A DNA stretch of 63,627 bases, the filler included, from Choristocarpus tenellus KU-1152 (lineage: Eukaryota; Protista; Phaeophyceae), in assembly GCA_964200185.2 (NCBI GenBank). It is 8 parts of 8 records of this genome, joined end to end, with 100 filler letters (N's around TTAATTAATTAA, not from the genome) between each part and the next. Parts side by side here need not be neighbours in the genome. Positions count along the whole stretch, not along the records: positions 1 to 7,538 come from CAXNAD020005989.1; positions 7,639 to 17,120 come from CAXNAD020003640.1; 6 more parts are not named here. One strand, 5' to 3'. A program made the position numbers and the translations under genes. This document shows, piece after piece, positions 1 through 12,661 of the stretch; the first letter of the stretch is position 1, and each line of letters starts with the position of its first letter. The notes beneath the pieces are model-generated. The model was not told the origin of the DNA and did no database searches. It saw only the letters and a list, made by a program, of their open reading frames with translations.

Positions 1-59
1 TTACTTTGGGTGGTGAAAAAAAATATCCCTTTTCCTGGTTTTTGTTCAAGAGGCTCTTT

Positions 60-99
60 TGGGTTGACCCCCCCCCCCCCCCCCCAGATACTTTGGGTC
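60..99. mobile_element. MITE family A terminal inverted repeat (partial copy)
   Basis: C-run + CAGATACTTTGGGTC is the reverse complement of the GACCCAAAGTATCTGGGGG terminus at 14970. Confidence 0.7.
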
Positions 100-3000
100 T
101 CTAACTACTGCATTGTGACTATTTGTACTGACTCTGTTCGTGTCTTCATGCTTCTTGTGGGTTCGTCTAGCAATCCCGCTGCTCGTTATTCCGTCTCCTC
201 CCTCAAATATTGTGCTGCGCTATCATTGACATTGCCACCTCGATTTTGGTTTTTAAAAACATGTGGCATAGAGACAGACAAGGCAGTATAAGCGCACAAT
301 CCACTAGGCTTGCCATATGTAATTGGATTGTCAAAAGCAGACGTCCAAAAAAAACAATCCGGCGTTGATGGGTTCAAACTTGAGAAATCCATGCAGGATA
401 TAGTTTCATACCACTAGTTCATATTTGTAAATCGATGAAAAAAATCAGATGAAAAGGAATAGATTTTCTTGACCGCCAAAAATATTACATGTTTAATTTT
501 TATGGACCATTGATGAGCAGCCTTGCTATCATGTACATGTACAGGGATGGGTGAGGGATACTACAACAAAAAACAAACTGGGATGTAGAAAATGGCATGC
601 TGATTGAGGTAACACCATGCACAAACCAAACACCTATCCTCACGTTTGAAGATCAAATACCAAATATTATAGCGAATTATGGAAATATATTACTTAGATA
701 TTGTCTACACAAGGTGTTTTTGAAGGTGCACATGAGTTTGATAAAACTCTTAGAGCTTAATTTCATGTGGATGTATCAAATTAGGACATTTGGCATTTGG
801 GGTTGTACAGGCTTGACTCCTTTCAGAAGGCGACAGAGAAGCGAGGAATTATGTTGTGTCGGAATACTTAAGTGATATGGCACAGGAGGACACACAAATA
901 CACAGGCAGGTAGTCCTGGTTTCATGTACGGCGATACCCATTGCACCTCCTCCAAATCATAGAAATCCCTAAGTGTCTGTGGGGCAGAGGTGTCGCATCC
1001 ATGAGCAGGACCCACCTGCCCCCCTTGAGAGGGGGGGGGGTTACACAATCACAGAGCAATGGTACCTGCACATATCCGGGACTCTGCGATGTGCACCACA
1101 CCCATGTCACAACAGCTTGAAGCTGGAAGATGTCTGGCGTAGAATGAACAAACTTGATGGAAGTCAACCTCCCAGCAAGAGGACGAGAAACCAGATGCGT
1201 AGTTGTAATGAACAGGGTGCATGCAGTACCATCTAGTAGGGTCGCATTAGATAAGTTGATATGATCGGATTCTCTAAGGTTCCCCTCACTTTCTTCCATC
1301 CTTGTTGCTCATTCGTTTGACCCAGATTTAGTTTGATGTCGCTAAGCTCCTAGATATGAGTGGAAATGGTGTGTAGGTGCTGCATGGCAAGAGCTTCATC
1401 AATGCTTGTTGTGCTGTTTTCGCAGGAGTTTTGAATTTAGATTTCATCTATTTGGTTGTGATGAGGGCATTTGAAGTTTTTTATGATACTCCACGAGCTG
1501 AGGGATCTTACCTCTAGGCAATGATGGGTGCAGGCAGGGGATGGGGCAATGGGTGCCGTTGGTGACCTCTATATCTTTTTGTAGAGACAGCAAATTAATA
1601 CATCAGGGGGTACAACATTGAAGCATGGACCTGAATCACCTCCTTGCACAAGGCTAACCCCAAGTGGGGAGGGTGGCGAAGTTGTTGCTTCTGTTGTGCT
1701 GATGTGCACCTTTGGCACAGTTTATATTTCCATGGTGGTTTTCACGAGGGGGCAAGGACTGTTTGTGTGGCAATATATTTCCTGGTGCTTGAAGTATAAA
1801 TCATTTTAGTGATACCAACAAAGACAGTGCAGTGCAAAGACTTGCCTGATTCTACTTGGAGTGGCTTGGTGCTCAATGGCAGAACCTGGAGTGTGTAGGC
1901 TCTGAAAAATGTAAGAATATACAACAGTGTCCACTACTATTTGGGACAACACCAGAGGTGCAAGATGGATCGATTCATCTTGCTCAAGTAGTTCTGTATC
2001 TACCGCGATGCACTTGCCTCCTTGTCATGGTGGTGGGGGTTTGTTTGAACGTAGCCTGTAAGAAATAAGTGTCTGATCTTTCATTTTTTTTGTTTTGCTT
2101 TTCATAAAATGTGCAACCGAAAAATAGTTGCTGTATTCTGTATCCCCACGCTTGCAGTCTTCACCATTGTTTTGCTTGTACATAATACTTCACATGTCTC
2201 AATATCATGCATGCAGAGGTTAGGGTCATACAAACTATATACGTGCCCTTAGATGTGGTTTTGAATGCAGGGTGACGCAAATATTTTGTTTGCAAATTAT
2301 ACAACTCTCCTGAAAAACAATTGTGTTTATGCACATAGATCCTAAGGAAGAGGGACTGTGGTTTACAAATGAGGAAATGGACGGGAGCAAAACAAACAAC
2401 ATATTTCTAACGTACAGATGTAGGTACTTTCTTCGTGAAGTGAAAAAGAGGGACGACAAATGAAGACAGGGAACTGCATTAATAGCAAGCATCATGTTGC
2501 CTTTAGGTACCCCCTCTCCATCACGATCAAACCACAGATAAAGGGATCTGAGCTGAGCATTCATACCCACATTTGACATTGAGATTTGTTGCAAGAGATA
2601 GGTTTATGAGACAGAAGTTATCGCACAAGAAATTTTTCTCACATCTGATTTATCCCATGTACTACATACTTGCAGGTCAGCATTTATCCCACAAACGCCT
2701 AAACACATTTTATGGAGACATGGTGGACGATGTGTGGAAGCAAAGCATGGACATAATCGAAAAACGTAGAGATGCGCAAATGATATTTTGGCCAGGGTAA
2801 CTGAGTGATATGAAGACGCAATAAAAACGAGCGACACATCATGCACTTAATGTGCGCAGGTCACAAATTCAATCCACGCACGATGTTCGTAGATAGTGCT
2901 GCTGATACACTATAGACACCACTGGTGGATTATTTGATAGGGTAGAGAGACAGTGACCGATATAATATATGTACTGATTTATAGTGTTTTTTATTTTATT

Positions 3001-3137
3001 TTATCATATTCAAGATACACTTACTATACTTAAGACAAGTAAATAGGTTATTCATAGTAAATTAGTGAGGACGATTACAAAACCCACACTGTAGAATAAT
3101 ATATGGTAGTTTAGGATAGGCTAGTCTCATCCACATG

Positions 3138-3961
3138 CTCAGTCAGCGGAATCAAGACAACAAAGGCCTTTTTAATATCAACTTTGTCCATCCATATCAA
3201 GCTGTTCTTTGTACTTCTTTAAAGCACCATAAAAGACGCGGGTCCAGTGTGGGATAGTTCAATACGCTACGTAGCGGACCGAATATTCCTGGGACGTAAT
3301 GCGAAGCGACAAGACTGCTAGTGAGCCTTGTGTACAAGACATCTTCCAGCAACCCCATCAGGGTCGCCAACCTCCCCACGTTCGCTGGGAAGTGGGGAGA
3401 GGATTTCCTCGCTTTTTCAGTGAGAGCCCAAGCTACCCTTAGAGTCTATGACTGTGACTTTGGTCTTCATAGCTCCGACATCATCTGTAGGGGATCAGTC
3501 TGGGCAGTGGACCTGGAGTTGAGGTAGAGACTTCTAGCATGGCGCTTGTCAAGTTCTTCAAGTGGCGAAGGAAACTGCCATGCTGTGGTTGTGAGTGCGG
3601 GAAGATGGACTGCTGGTAGAAAGGGTCGAGGAAAGGGCTGTGTAGTCTGTTTTATGTGTGGCAAAGATGGCCACACCAAGTACGATGCCCCAACCTCGAT
3701 CAGGCTACAAGACTGGGGGGAGATGACGGTCAAGGTAGAAGATGCATGAGATGCACAGGGTTAGGTCACGAGATGAGCGATTGTCCCCTGACTGTTCGAA
3801 CCGGGGAGAGGACAAGAAGACCTTCTGGAAAGGGGGCTAAGGAAGGATCGCATATGGTATCGACCGCAACTCCTCCCTCAACCGAATATCCAGAGGTGGA
3901 AGACATCAGTTCCGAGACTGGACAGGTTGGAAGGCTTCATCGCGAGCTCCTATTTTGGTGA
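3138..3961 (+). mobile_element. Decayed retrotransposon gag-like remnant with two zinc knuckles
   Basis: LPTFAGKWGEDFLAFSVRAQATL resembles a gag N-terminus; CFMCGKDGHTKYD and CMRCTGLGHEMSDC are CX2CX4HX4C-type knuckles in different frames, with stops and frameshifts. The leader is repeated at ~5565-5890. Confidence 0.6.
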
Positions 3962-4437
3962 CAGAGAAAATTACCCCTTGTGACTGTCTTCCCTTGTGTT
4001 TATTGTCATTCTGAATTATTTTAATTTGAGTTTGTCCCCCATCTGTCTTGTCTATTTTGGTGCATACCCACAGTAGTCACGTGACAGCAGTGGTGTTGTA
4101 TGCAGACTGACTTTAGTCAGGGAGAGTTTTTCATCATTTTTGTGTGTGTGGTATTTCAGTGACATGTCAATTGTTTAGTACTACTCTTTTCCAAAGATTC
4201 ACTTTAGGCGTGACACTAGGGATATTTCGTGGATTGTGGGAGATGCATTTTGGTATGTCTAAGGACCCACAGTAGAAAAACACCCCAGGATGTGTTCGTA
4301 GAGATTGTGATAGGATAGGTAGGAAGTGACAGTTCCATCATATTACTTTGTTCCAAAGATTTGTAGTGATGTACTAGGGAAGTTTCGTTGATTGTAGGAT
4401 ACGCTAGATGTATTGCTAAGGACCCTGCCATTTCTTG

Positions 4438-4811
4438 GATTGTGGGAGATGCAATGTGACATTGCTAAGGGCTTGCAGGAGAAAGTAGCCCCTAATGTTT
4501 CCACGGGAGGCTGCAGTAGGACAAAGGTTTAGAATTGATAACTGAGTTTTTGTACCTACAACAAATGTCGACTTTGATATTAGGTTATATTTATTGCATT
4601 GTTTTGGAGAGAGTTAGCAAAAGTTTTGATTCTTTCTTCAAAACAATGCATTAAATATACCCTAATATCAAAGTTGACATTGGGTCTATGTAGGTACGAA
4701 AACTCAGTTATCAATTCTAAACCTTTGTCCTACTGCAGCCTCCCGTGGAAACATTATGGGGTACTTTCTCCTGCAAGTCCTTAGCGATGTCACAATGCGT
4801 CTCCCACAATC
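4438..4811. repeat. Long inverted repeat / foldback, ~180-bp arms with a short loop near 4617-4626
   Basis: 4493-4550 is the exact reverse complement of 4699-4756, and pairing continues with few mismatches on both sides. Degenerate copies of the outer arm lie at 4216-4440. Confidence 0.95.
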
Positions 4812-5564
4812 AACGAAACCTCACTAGTACATCACTACTGCAGATCACTGGAACACAGATCCTACCTCATATCTACCTCCCTATTGTATACAGTCAATAC
4901 TGGCATAATCTACGGTAGTCGCCACATTCCATCAAGCACTCACCAACTTGAATGATAAACAACTCCATGTATCTACAATGCCTGCACAGAAACATGCCTG
5001 TTGTTTCATATATACTGGGCCAATCGCTTCTTTCACCGTTGGTTACAACTGAGGGTTGTATGGTGTATCCACAAGACAGGTCTGGATTTTCTGTCTGGCC
5101 TCTTGCAAGGGGAGGTACAAGGGAAAGGGGTTATCTTCACTACTGCCAAATAATAGCCGGTGTCAGATCCAGGAGTGCTGCCAACACTTCTTTGTTGATT
5201 TCATGTTTACTCCAGAAACGTTCAACTTTGTCAATGACCAGGCCTAGCAAATATTCTGTGCTTCGTGTCTTGTCCGGCTTCATCTTTCCAGTCCAAGCGG
5301 AATCGGTTGTTTGTAGATAGTGCTGCTATACCTTATAAACACCATTGGTGGAAAAGATATGAAAGATTTGCACCACCAGTGGAGAAATGGAGTAATGGAG
5401 GAAAAGTAGAGACATATATATGTTTCGGTTTATCTTAGTTGAAGTCTGCACAATGCGTGTATGATACAGTGAAAATATTCTTTGCTGTTGCAGAATTCTT
5501 TTTCTGATAATGCATGTGGACATTGCAAACCCCTCATGGCGGTTAACACCTGTCTCACCCCAGA

Positions 5565-5890
5565 AGTCAGTCAGCGGAATCGAGACCACAAGCCCCTCCT
5601 GTAATATTAACTTTGTATATCTACACCAAGCTATTCACTGTCTTTCATCGAAGCACCAAAGTCACTGGTCCAGTGTGGAATATTTCAACATTCGATCACC
5701 TTAAGGATGGACGTAATTGTACCGTAACAAAAAATATTGAACGATTTTTCCTTAATCTACATTTGCCAGGTGATTTTGTTGCTAGTTCCTTTCGCAGTTG
5801 ACAAACTGGGCAAGAAACTGAAGGCATTAGTGCAGCTGTCCTTCTGCCCCTCAGGGCAGGTTTTGCTAGTCGGCAACCCCACCTGGACAA
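5565..5890 (+). mobile_element. Second diverged copy of the leader of the gag-like element
   Basis: Shares CAGTCAGCGGAATC, AAGCACCA...GGTCCAGTGTGG and GGACGTAAT in the same order as 3138-3340. Confidence 0.55.
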
Positions 5891-6185
5891 CGAATTTCAA
5901 CACCAAACAAATTTGTTGCGTTGTGATCCTCCTTCTACTATGAGGTGGACCTTTGAATGCCAAAAAATGTAGCACAGCACGTAGCACCCCCGTACTGAAA
6001 ACCACATCCATCCATATATATGCGCAAGCTCTTGTCCACCATGAAGTAGTTGCCATCCTCCATAGTGCAAGAGATACCCATCCCCCTGAAGAGTTGACCC
6101 AGTCGTTTATCGACGTTGAACCTTTCCTCCCATCCATTCCTTGCGGAGGTCAGAGCTGCGGGTATTTGTGGTATGATCTGCAAAA

Positions 6186-6214
6186 TGTGTGCGTGTGTGT
6201 GTGTGTGTGTGTGT
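6186..6214. repeat. (GT)n microsatellite
   Basis: Direct dinucleotide run. Confidence 0.95.
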
Positions 6215-6605
6215 ACCATTATGTGATTTGTGTGATTCTGTGGCGGTGTGGTTCACATGGGGAAGTATGGTGAAGAGAATCATCAGGCAAGACAGACCAG
6301 ACGGACCAAGACTAATGGTAACCAAGAGCAAATGGTTAAGGTTGGACAAGAGGACAAGGACTCAAGAAGTGGAGAGGGGAGGGTCACGGTTTAGATAGGA
6401 TTCAGAAAAGATACCTCTCGGGGATGATACACCCGCACTCGGAAAACGTGCTCAAGAAGAGTCGTCACAGGAAGCCACGGAAACCTATCCTTCCCAAGAT
6501 CCTCCACAGTTGAACCGAAGTTATCAGAAAATATCCTCAACTGATATGTCGGTACATGACATTTGGCGATATCAGTATGATAACAGATGACCCTCCTTTT
6601 CGCAA

Positions 6606-7225
6606 TTGGAAGAGTTGGTCACACACGCTGTGGGGAGGAGAGGGGTAGGAGGATACTGTAGGAAAGGGGCTATCAAATCCCGCATATCACAGATAGTGTC
6701 TGTCACTCCTCAAGTGGCTCTCTTGAGATGCATCATGCATTTCAAGGTAGGTACCCATGTTTTGACAGTTTTGTATTTTAATCCAGTTTTTCGATCTCTC
6801 ACAATTTACCCACATTTCTATCGATGAAGCACTAAGTCTGACTTAAGTGCTGATTTCTTTGTATTTTGAACCTTTTCGATACAATTCAGAAAAAATCCTA
6901 TACGTATTTGTAAAAATATGCGAATTTTGCACTTATTTGTCGGCATCCCTAAAATGCAACTCTGACTCACCAGGCAGATGGGCAAAAAGGGACCTGTCAG
7001 ATTATTGAGATGCTTCCCTAGCTCCTGTCCACCTTTGTAGGGCTAAGCTAGGCTAGAGGCATAGCAGCAGTGTACACATTTCATTGGAATCACCAACCTT
7101 CAAGGGAGCATAACTAGTATCCCAATAGTAATAGTTTTTGGATAGGTATCTTTCAAATTAACGACAGCTGCTATTTTTACAGGGGTCCTTGTGATTTTGG
7201 TTTGGCTTTTTCCATGACATATCGG
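6606..7225 (+). mobile_element. 3' end of a non-LTR retrotransposon (CRE/R2-like, restriction-like endonuclease type)
   Basis: LEELVTHAVG...RKGAIKSRISQIVSVTPQVAL resembles the C-terminal helix of REL-type LINEs. The DNA is colinear with 26520-26895 apart from a ~210-bp insert. Confidence 0.6.
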
Positions 7226-7375
7226 GGAAATATCAGAGAGGACAGTGCATCATAGAAAATGGAAATAATGCATATGTTTTAATTATTTATTTATCATTAG
7301 TATAGTGTGTGGAATTCCGGGCAGTGGTGTAAAAAAAGTTAGAAAAGGTAATATGTGAGAGCCATATTCCCGCAG

Positions 7376-7495
7376 AAGGTATACTCTGAAGGTAACCTAT
7401 CTTGAACATCATGTATAAGGTATGCCCTGAAGGTGACCTATCTTGAACATCATGTATAAGGTATGCCCTGAAGGTGACCTATCTTGAACATCATG
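7376..7495. repeat. 41-bp minisatellite, about 3 units
   Basis: Head-to-tail AAGGTATGCCCTGAAGGTGACCTATCTTGAACATCATGTAT units near the contig end. Confidence 0.95.
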
Positions 7496-7538
7496 ATATT
7501 CATGGTGCTTTTGTTGTTTTTGCATGTTGAAGGTAACA

Positions 7539-7638
7539 NNNNNNNNNNNNNNNNNNNNNNNNNNNNNNNNNNNNNNNNNNNNTTAATTAATTAANNNNNN
7601 NNNNNNNNNNNNNNNNNNNNNNNNNNNNNNNNNNNNNN
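7539..7638. other. Artificial contig spacer
   Basis: 44 N + TTAATTAATTAA (stops in all six frames) + 44 N; identical at seven places. Confidence 0.99.
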
Positions 7639-7705
7639 CAGCTTAAAATGCATGACACGTCGAGACAATGCCACTTGCGTAGTCACCGAAACAATTTGGC
7701 GTAGT
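7639..7705 (-). mobile_element. Short fragment of the same CRE/R2-like LINE 3' end
   Basis: Minus strand reads LRQIVSVTTQVALSRRVMHFKL, matching the 6606 copy. Confidence 0.7.
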
Positions 7706-9429
7706 TTATATATTGTTAAGCTTGTAACCTTTTTGCAGATTTTTGATGGGGAGGAGAAAACTAATACCAAAACTGTAGTGAAAGTACGAATGTATGTATT
7801 ACAGCAATTGTCAATAATGTTAAGACACGTCCCTAAAACACTTACTCTTACATAGAGAAAACAACACAACCATCACGACTTTTATGTGCACATTTTATTA
7901 TGCCGATGACATTTTTTTAGATGTTTATTGGGAGGAGGAAAACCAAGATTAAAACAAGATGACAACGACTACAACTGTTTATAGATAAATAAACGATAGT
8001 AGTTGTCATGAATGTGTAGATACTCCTCGGTGTGATATGTTGAATCGGACAACAACAACTAACAGTAGTTGATCAAGTTTTCCTTCGTTTCGAAAAATCA
8101 AACAAACATCTTCATTCTACTATTAATATCAAGATTAGGGAAAATTTAAAGAACAAATTCAATGGATTATGAATAAAAATATATTCTTGAGTACAATATG
8201 GTTCTAGGAATATGGATATTTTTTTCTTGTGAAGTGAACGGATGCAAATGAGGTTGTTATTTGTATTTTGTTTTGGATATTTTGAAATCAACAGACGTAA
8301 TATGTTGTCACTGAAAGAACAAGTAGTTCATAAATAGAATGAAGTATAGGAATACAGATAAAAAGCACAACGTGTATCACTACCTTCTCGACGATCTTGG
8401 ATAGTCCTGGTTGTCTACATGTCATAGTCCTGCACGTTCCTATTTGTAGTTCTTTCTTTCAACTTGCCTCACCTCTCTCCACCCCATCATCCGCCCTCGC
8501 CACTGTGACAAGGGTGGATGTTCTAATTTGCCGAAGCAACGGAGTTGAAATATTGCGAACAAGTGGATGGGCAGCAAGTCTTGTGTGATCGTAGCAGAAC
8601 ATATCTCGTCGACTGAGAGGAGACATCGAATTTCACGTTTCGAAGGTCAAAACCGTTGGTGAGTATGTATGCTGTTGTCTTTAATTCTTGTTCTCCAACC
8701 CACTTTCACCCTTGCATTGAATTTCATGAGGTAAAAGTTGCAACCTGTTTGTCAAGTCATGAACATGCCCACCATTGGGGTCTTATCAGCAATGCGGGAT
8801 AATGGAGCACTTCTCTAATCTGCGCAGTTACGAGGAATCACTATCGGAAAGTTTGTCACACTGGAGCCTCGGACCGAAGAAACTCATGTTACCTCCGTTC
8901 TTGTAAATACTGCTGTGCCAATGACAGGGCAATGCGTAAAGACTGTGCATGTTACAACTGTCAGCATATTGTGAACAACGCCCCCATGCCTCAAGTGGTA
9001 CACAGTTTGGCAGATAATTTCCGCTTGTCTTATTCGCACTGCGTTATATTTCCGTTGTGTGTAGGGGGCACGGTTGAGTTAAAATGATGACTTCAAGACA
9101 CAGCAAGGCCATGACAGTGGGAAGTTCACCACCATTGACAGGCAAGAGGGGTCAATGGGTTTGGCAGGGTAGATCAAGAGCTTGGTTTTCGAGGGTGCAC
9201 CGATATTGGCTGGTTGAAGTTCTTTGGTCCAATGTATGCATACGAGATACGCGTATGTCCAACTTGATGCAACTTCATCGCAATCACTTGGAAGCCTGGA
9301 GTATAAACGAGTACAAGTTGCAATATGTGAAGGTCAGGCTTTACTCTTTTCATATACTTTATGCAGCCTTCTCCGGATGGAGACAGTAACAACCACATGA
9401 GAAAGACGAACTAGCTCAACCATAACCAG

Positions 9430-12400
9430 AATTGTTGTTGCTGTACGGGCCCCTATCCATAACAGAAGTGGAGATCTGGGAAGGCGAAACAAGTATCCTC
9501 CAAGAATACTTTGGTGCTCAGGATGCATTTCGTGGAGGACAGGAACCAATGCAAATGGCGAAAAATCAGGTCTTGCTGGATATGAAGAGCAAGGAGGGCT
9601 TTAAAGTGAGACCCAATGATCTTATTTTCATCATCATTGTGTGGTACACAGTTCGGCTCACCTGGTTAATAGTTCACGCGAATTGGATAGGAGTTACAAG
9701 TATAGTTGCTTGATCTTGATTGTTGATGTTTGCTCGAGACTATGTGATACTTATTAATGACTTGGGGACTTAATCAATGAGAAATGACAGTTCAGTACAT
9801 CTTATGATGATAGATGTGCATAGAGCTCTTCATGGTTGGGGCAGAGACAGAACAGTTTCAGCTTCCGGAAACCCAAAATGAAAATAGACTTCAAGTTGCA
9901 ACATATGGAAATAATTGATGTCGTTGCACGACACCGATAGATCACTATGGGCTACAAGATCCATTCACCTTTGGTTCAACACGATGCTACACTGACAGTA
10001 TCACAAGATTTTTCTGTCCAATCTGAGTCTCAGGAAAATTTAATTATACCTTGTATTTTTCAAACACATCTTATTGGGTGTTGCTATGCTGTTAAGGACA
10101 AGGCAGGTAACAACACTGTGCAGCCACCATCCTGCTGTACTGTTTGTGCATAGTGTTGACTGTTGCACGGTGTCCTCTCTTCATTTGTGCTACTTGATTC
10201 CCTGATAGGGCTCTGTTGTAGGGGAGAATGATCAAAGTGTTTTGTGGAGGATTGACTTGGTGACCCCGGTTTATATTATTTTTGCTTTGTGGGTGCATCA
10301 TTAATAGATTGCTGTATCCACTTGGAATATGAATTGCTTGCTTGTTGCCATTGGAAGATGCAACTGTCCTTTTTATTTTTTTGTGCAGGTGAAGAGAACA
10401 AAAGGGAACTCTAGGAAATCCTGTTCATTACGCCTGCTCTACTCCAATGGTCCTGACCCTGCCTTAGTATGGCGCCAAGAATCCGCATTTGGTGCGACCT
10501 TTTCCAAACCCTTCCCCCTGCAGCATGTATTCAAGTTGTCGTGCAAGCATGTGCTCCAGTCTCCAACCATAGAGATGTTCACGGTGAGCTGAGATTTTAC
10601 AAGGCTTGACATCACCTTGGTGCTAATCTGATGTAGACAGCCCCATGAGTGCGCTGAACTTAATATTGCATTGCCTGTTCCAAAGAGGATCTTGCATGCA
10701 GCTTGCTGTAGTTATGTAACTCAGAATGACCTTCATAGCATGGTGTGACTTTGCAGTTGTGAATGCTATGTAATAGGTGATCTGCTACTTCTTCAGTTGC
10801 AGTATGAATACTTTCGAAGTAGTTACCACCTGTGTCCCCCTTTGAGGTTCAGTACGTATCTGACTGATGCTTGAGGCCACTACTGGTCCTGGTAGGACAC
10901 AGCTGTGTTTAATAATCTCCACTTATTGATGAAAATGGCAGTACAATCAGCCGTGGACAAGCTGGTAGGTGATACTTTCTAAACTTTGTTGAACTGTGGA
11001 AAGAGTAATGCGGTATAATGATATATATTATACTTTGGAATCATTAACTACTTTGGGTGGCACTTGAAGAGAGGAGTATGACCTGCAAGTTAGGACAGGT
11101 TTGAATCCCATTATCAAATGCCCAAATGGTGCATGGTGTGTGACACGACGCACAGCTTTCTCAAGGGTAAGCATTTTGATTGTGTTCTGTGGCTCTGTAT
11201 CCTTAACCCAAAGCAACAAGTCAAAGTAACCGATGGCAGGGCCCTTACTCAGCTCTGTGCATATGGTAGGCAATCCAATCAATAAGAACTGGTGAGAGTT
11301 TTCTTGGGGGCGGTGATGCTTTCTAAGTGTGTGCTGCTCTGCACAGATCAACAGGTGAGTCATTTTTCAGGTACAAGACAATAGATGGTCTCTTGAACAA
11401 CTGGAGTACTTCTAAAGTGTTCCATATCTCGTATTGATATTGCTTATATTGTAGTCATAAACATTTGAGACCAAATTAATCCATTCTGTGCTCTGTAAGA
11501 TCAGGGTACCTTATTCTGTCTGAAGTTCCAAGGGACTTCTATTTGTTCTGTGTGTGTATGGGCAAAGCTCCCTGCAGTCCTGTATCTAAACAAAATACAG
11601 GTGCATACTGACAATAGGTTTTTTACAGTACATTCCTGGTAGTTTGCCTTTTCTGTTGCACATGAGCTCTATTCTTGTACCTTTAACACCTACTGGCTCC
11701 AGCGTGCACAGGGCTATGCGGTGATTCTCTCTGCAACAATTGCAAAACGCCTGTTAACTTCCTTGCCTACTCCTGTCCCTACTTTTCTATTATCCATTGA
11801 ATCTCTATTGCAGTCCCATGCGAAAAGGAAAGACCTCATCACCTTAAGCTCAAAGAGCTCGGATGCCAAGACTGTGGCGCTTGCCCTGGTCCTGGCGGAT
11901 AAGTGCTCTCGTGTATTCTCATTGGAAATGGAGGTCAATGGCAAGCAGTTCTCAATTAATCACCCTGTCCGCCTAGCTGCCAAGAGGCATGCCACTATCG
12001 TGGCAGGATTCCAGGCACTACTGAAACCCCTTGGTCTTGAACGCCATGTTGGAGGTTTGGTGGACTCGGGCCTCGATGTCTCTGATCTCCCATGTATAAC
12101 TCAAAGGCATTTGAAGGAGATGGCGGGAATAAAATCTCGAGCAGAGAGATTGCAGGCAAGTATCTGGATGGAGGGATCCGGTCAGGGCTGGGGAGGGGGC
12201 CTGTGTCCCTGTAGTTGGGGAATGAAATATGTCCTGTGGGTCTCCGTGGGGGTGTGAAGAAACTCTTTCTGTGCTTTAATAGGAAAGGCACATACTTCCA
12301 TTTTTGTGTGTGCAGTTGTGTGTGTCAAGCCTTGGCTGTAATGTCTGTGCCAACAAAATTTCAAAATTTTTGCTATGATGCAAGGTAAGGCTAGATTTTG

Positions 12401-12661
12401 CCTCCTTGGAGTGCAGATAAACAAAATGATCAGTGGGCTTAATCCATGCCCCTTATCCCTATCCCCACCTTACATTTCCCTTGCCAGATTTTGGCCCACA
12501 TCAATGACATTGGTGGTGGCACGGAATATTTCAACAGCCTTGAATCATTGTCCAGGTTAGATGAAAATTCTGTGCTGAGAAAAAAGAGCGGAACTTTCAA
12601 CTCTGATGGCTCCTATACAAGATCAAACAGTTTTAGTTCTTGGTGTATACCAGTTTTGTGA
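9430..12661 (+). CDS. Multi-exon gene for a PH-like + SAM domain protein (5' and 3' ends uncertain)
   Basis: Phase-compatible exons 9430-9605, 10389-10583, 11712-12155 (GC donor) and 12488-12661. LLKPLGLERHVGGLVDSGLDVSDLPCITQRHLKEMAGIKSRAERLQ|ILAHI fits a SAM domain; EGFK|VKRTKG...LRL...ALVW...IVAGFQALL fits a PH-like fold. Confidence 0.6.

Noticed and set aside
100-2900. Many short ORFs on both strands of contig 1
   Set aside because: No recognisable motifs or consistent exon chain; probably decayed mobile DNA, but I cannot support a family call.
7376-7495. 41-bp, 31-bp, 24-bp and 59-bp repeat arrays as possible CRISPR arrays
   Set aside because: Units are head-to-tail with no unique spacers, no cas genes are present, and the context is eukaryotic; these are minisatellites.
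7539-7638. Recurring TTAATTAATTAA palindrome between N-runs (seven copies)
   Set aside because: Identical 44N-12-44N layout with stops in all frames: a contig-joining artifact, not biology. Gene neighbourhoods across it are not real.
8500-8660. In-frame TGA in an exon-like segment as a possible selenocysteine codon, given eEFSec in the window
   Set aside because: No redox motif or selenoprotein similarity, no SECIS identified, and eEFSec is on a different contig.
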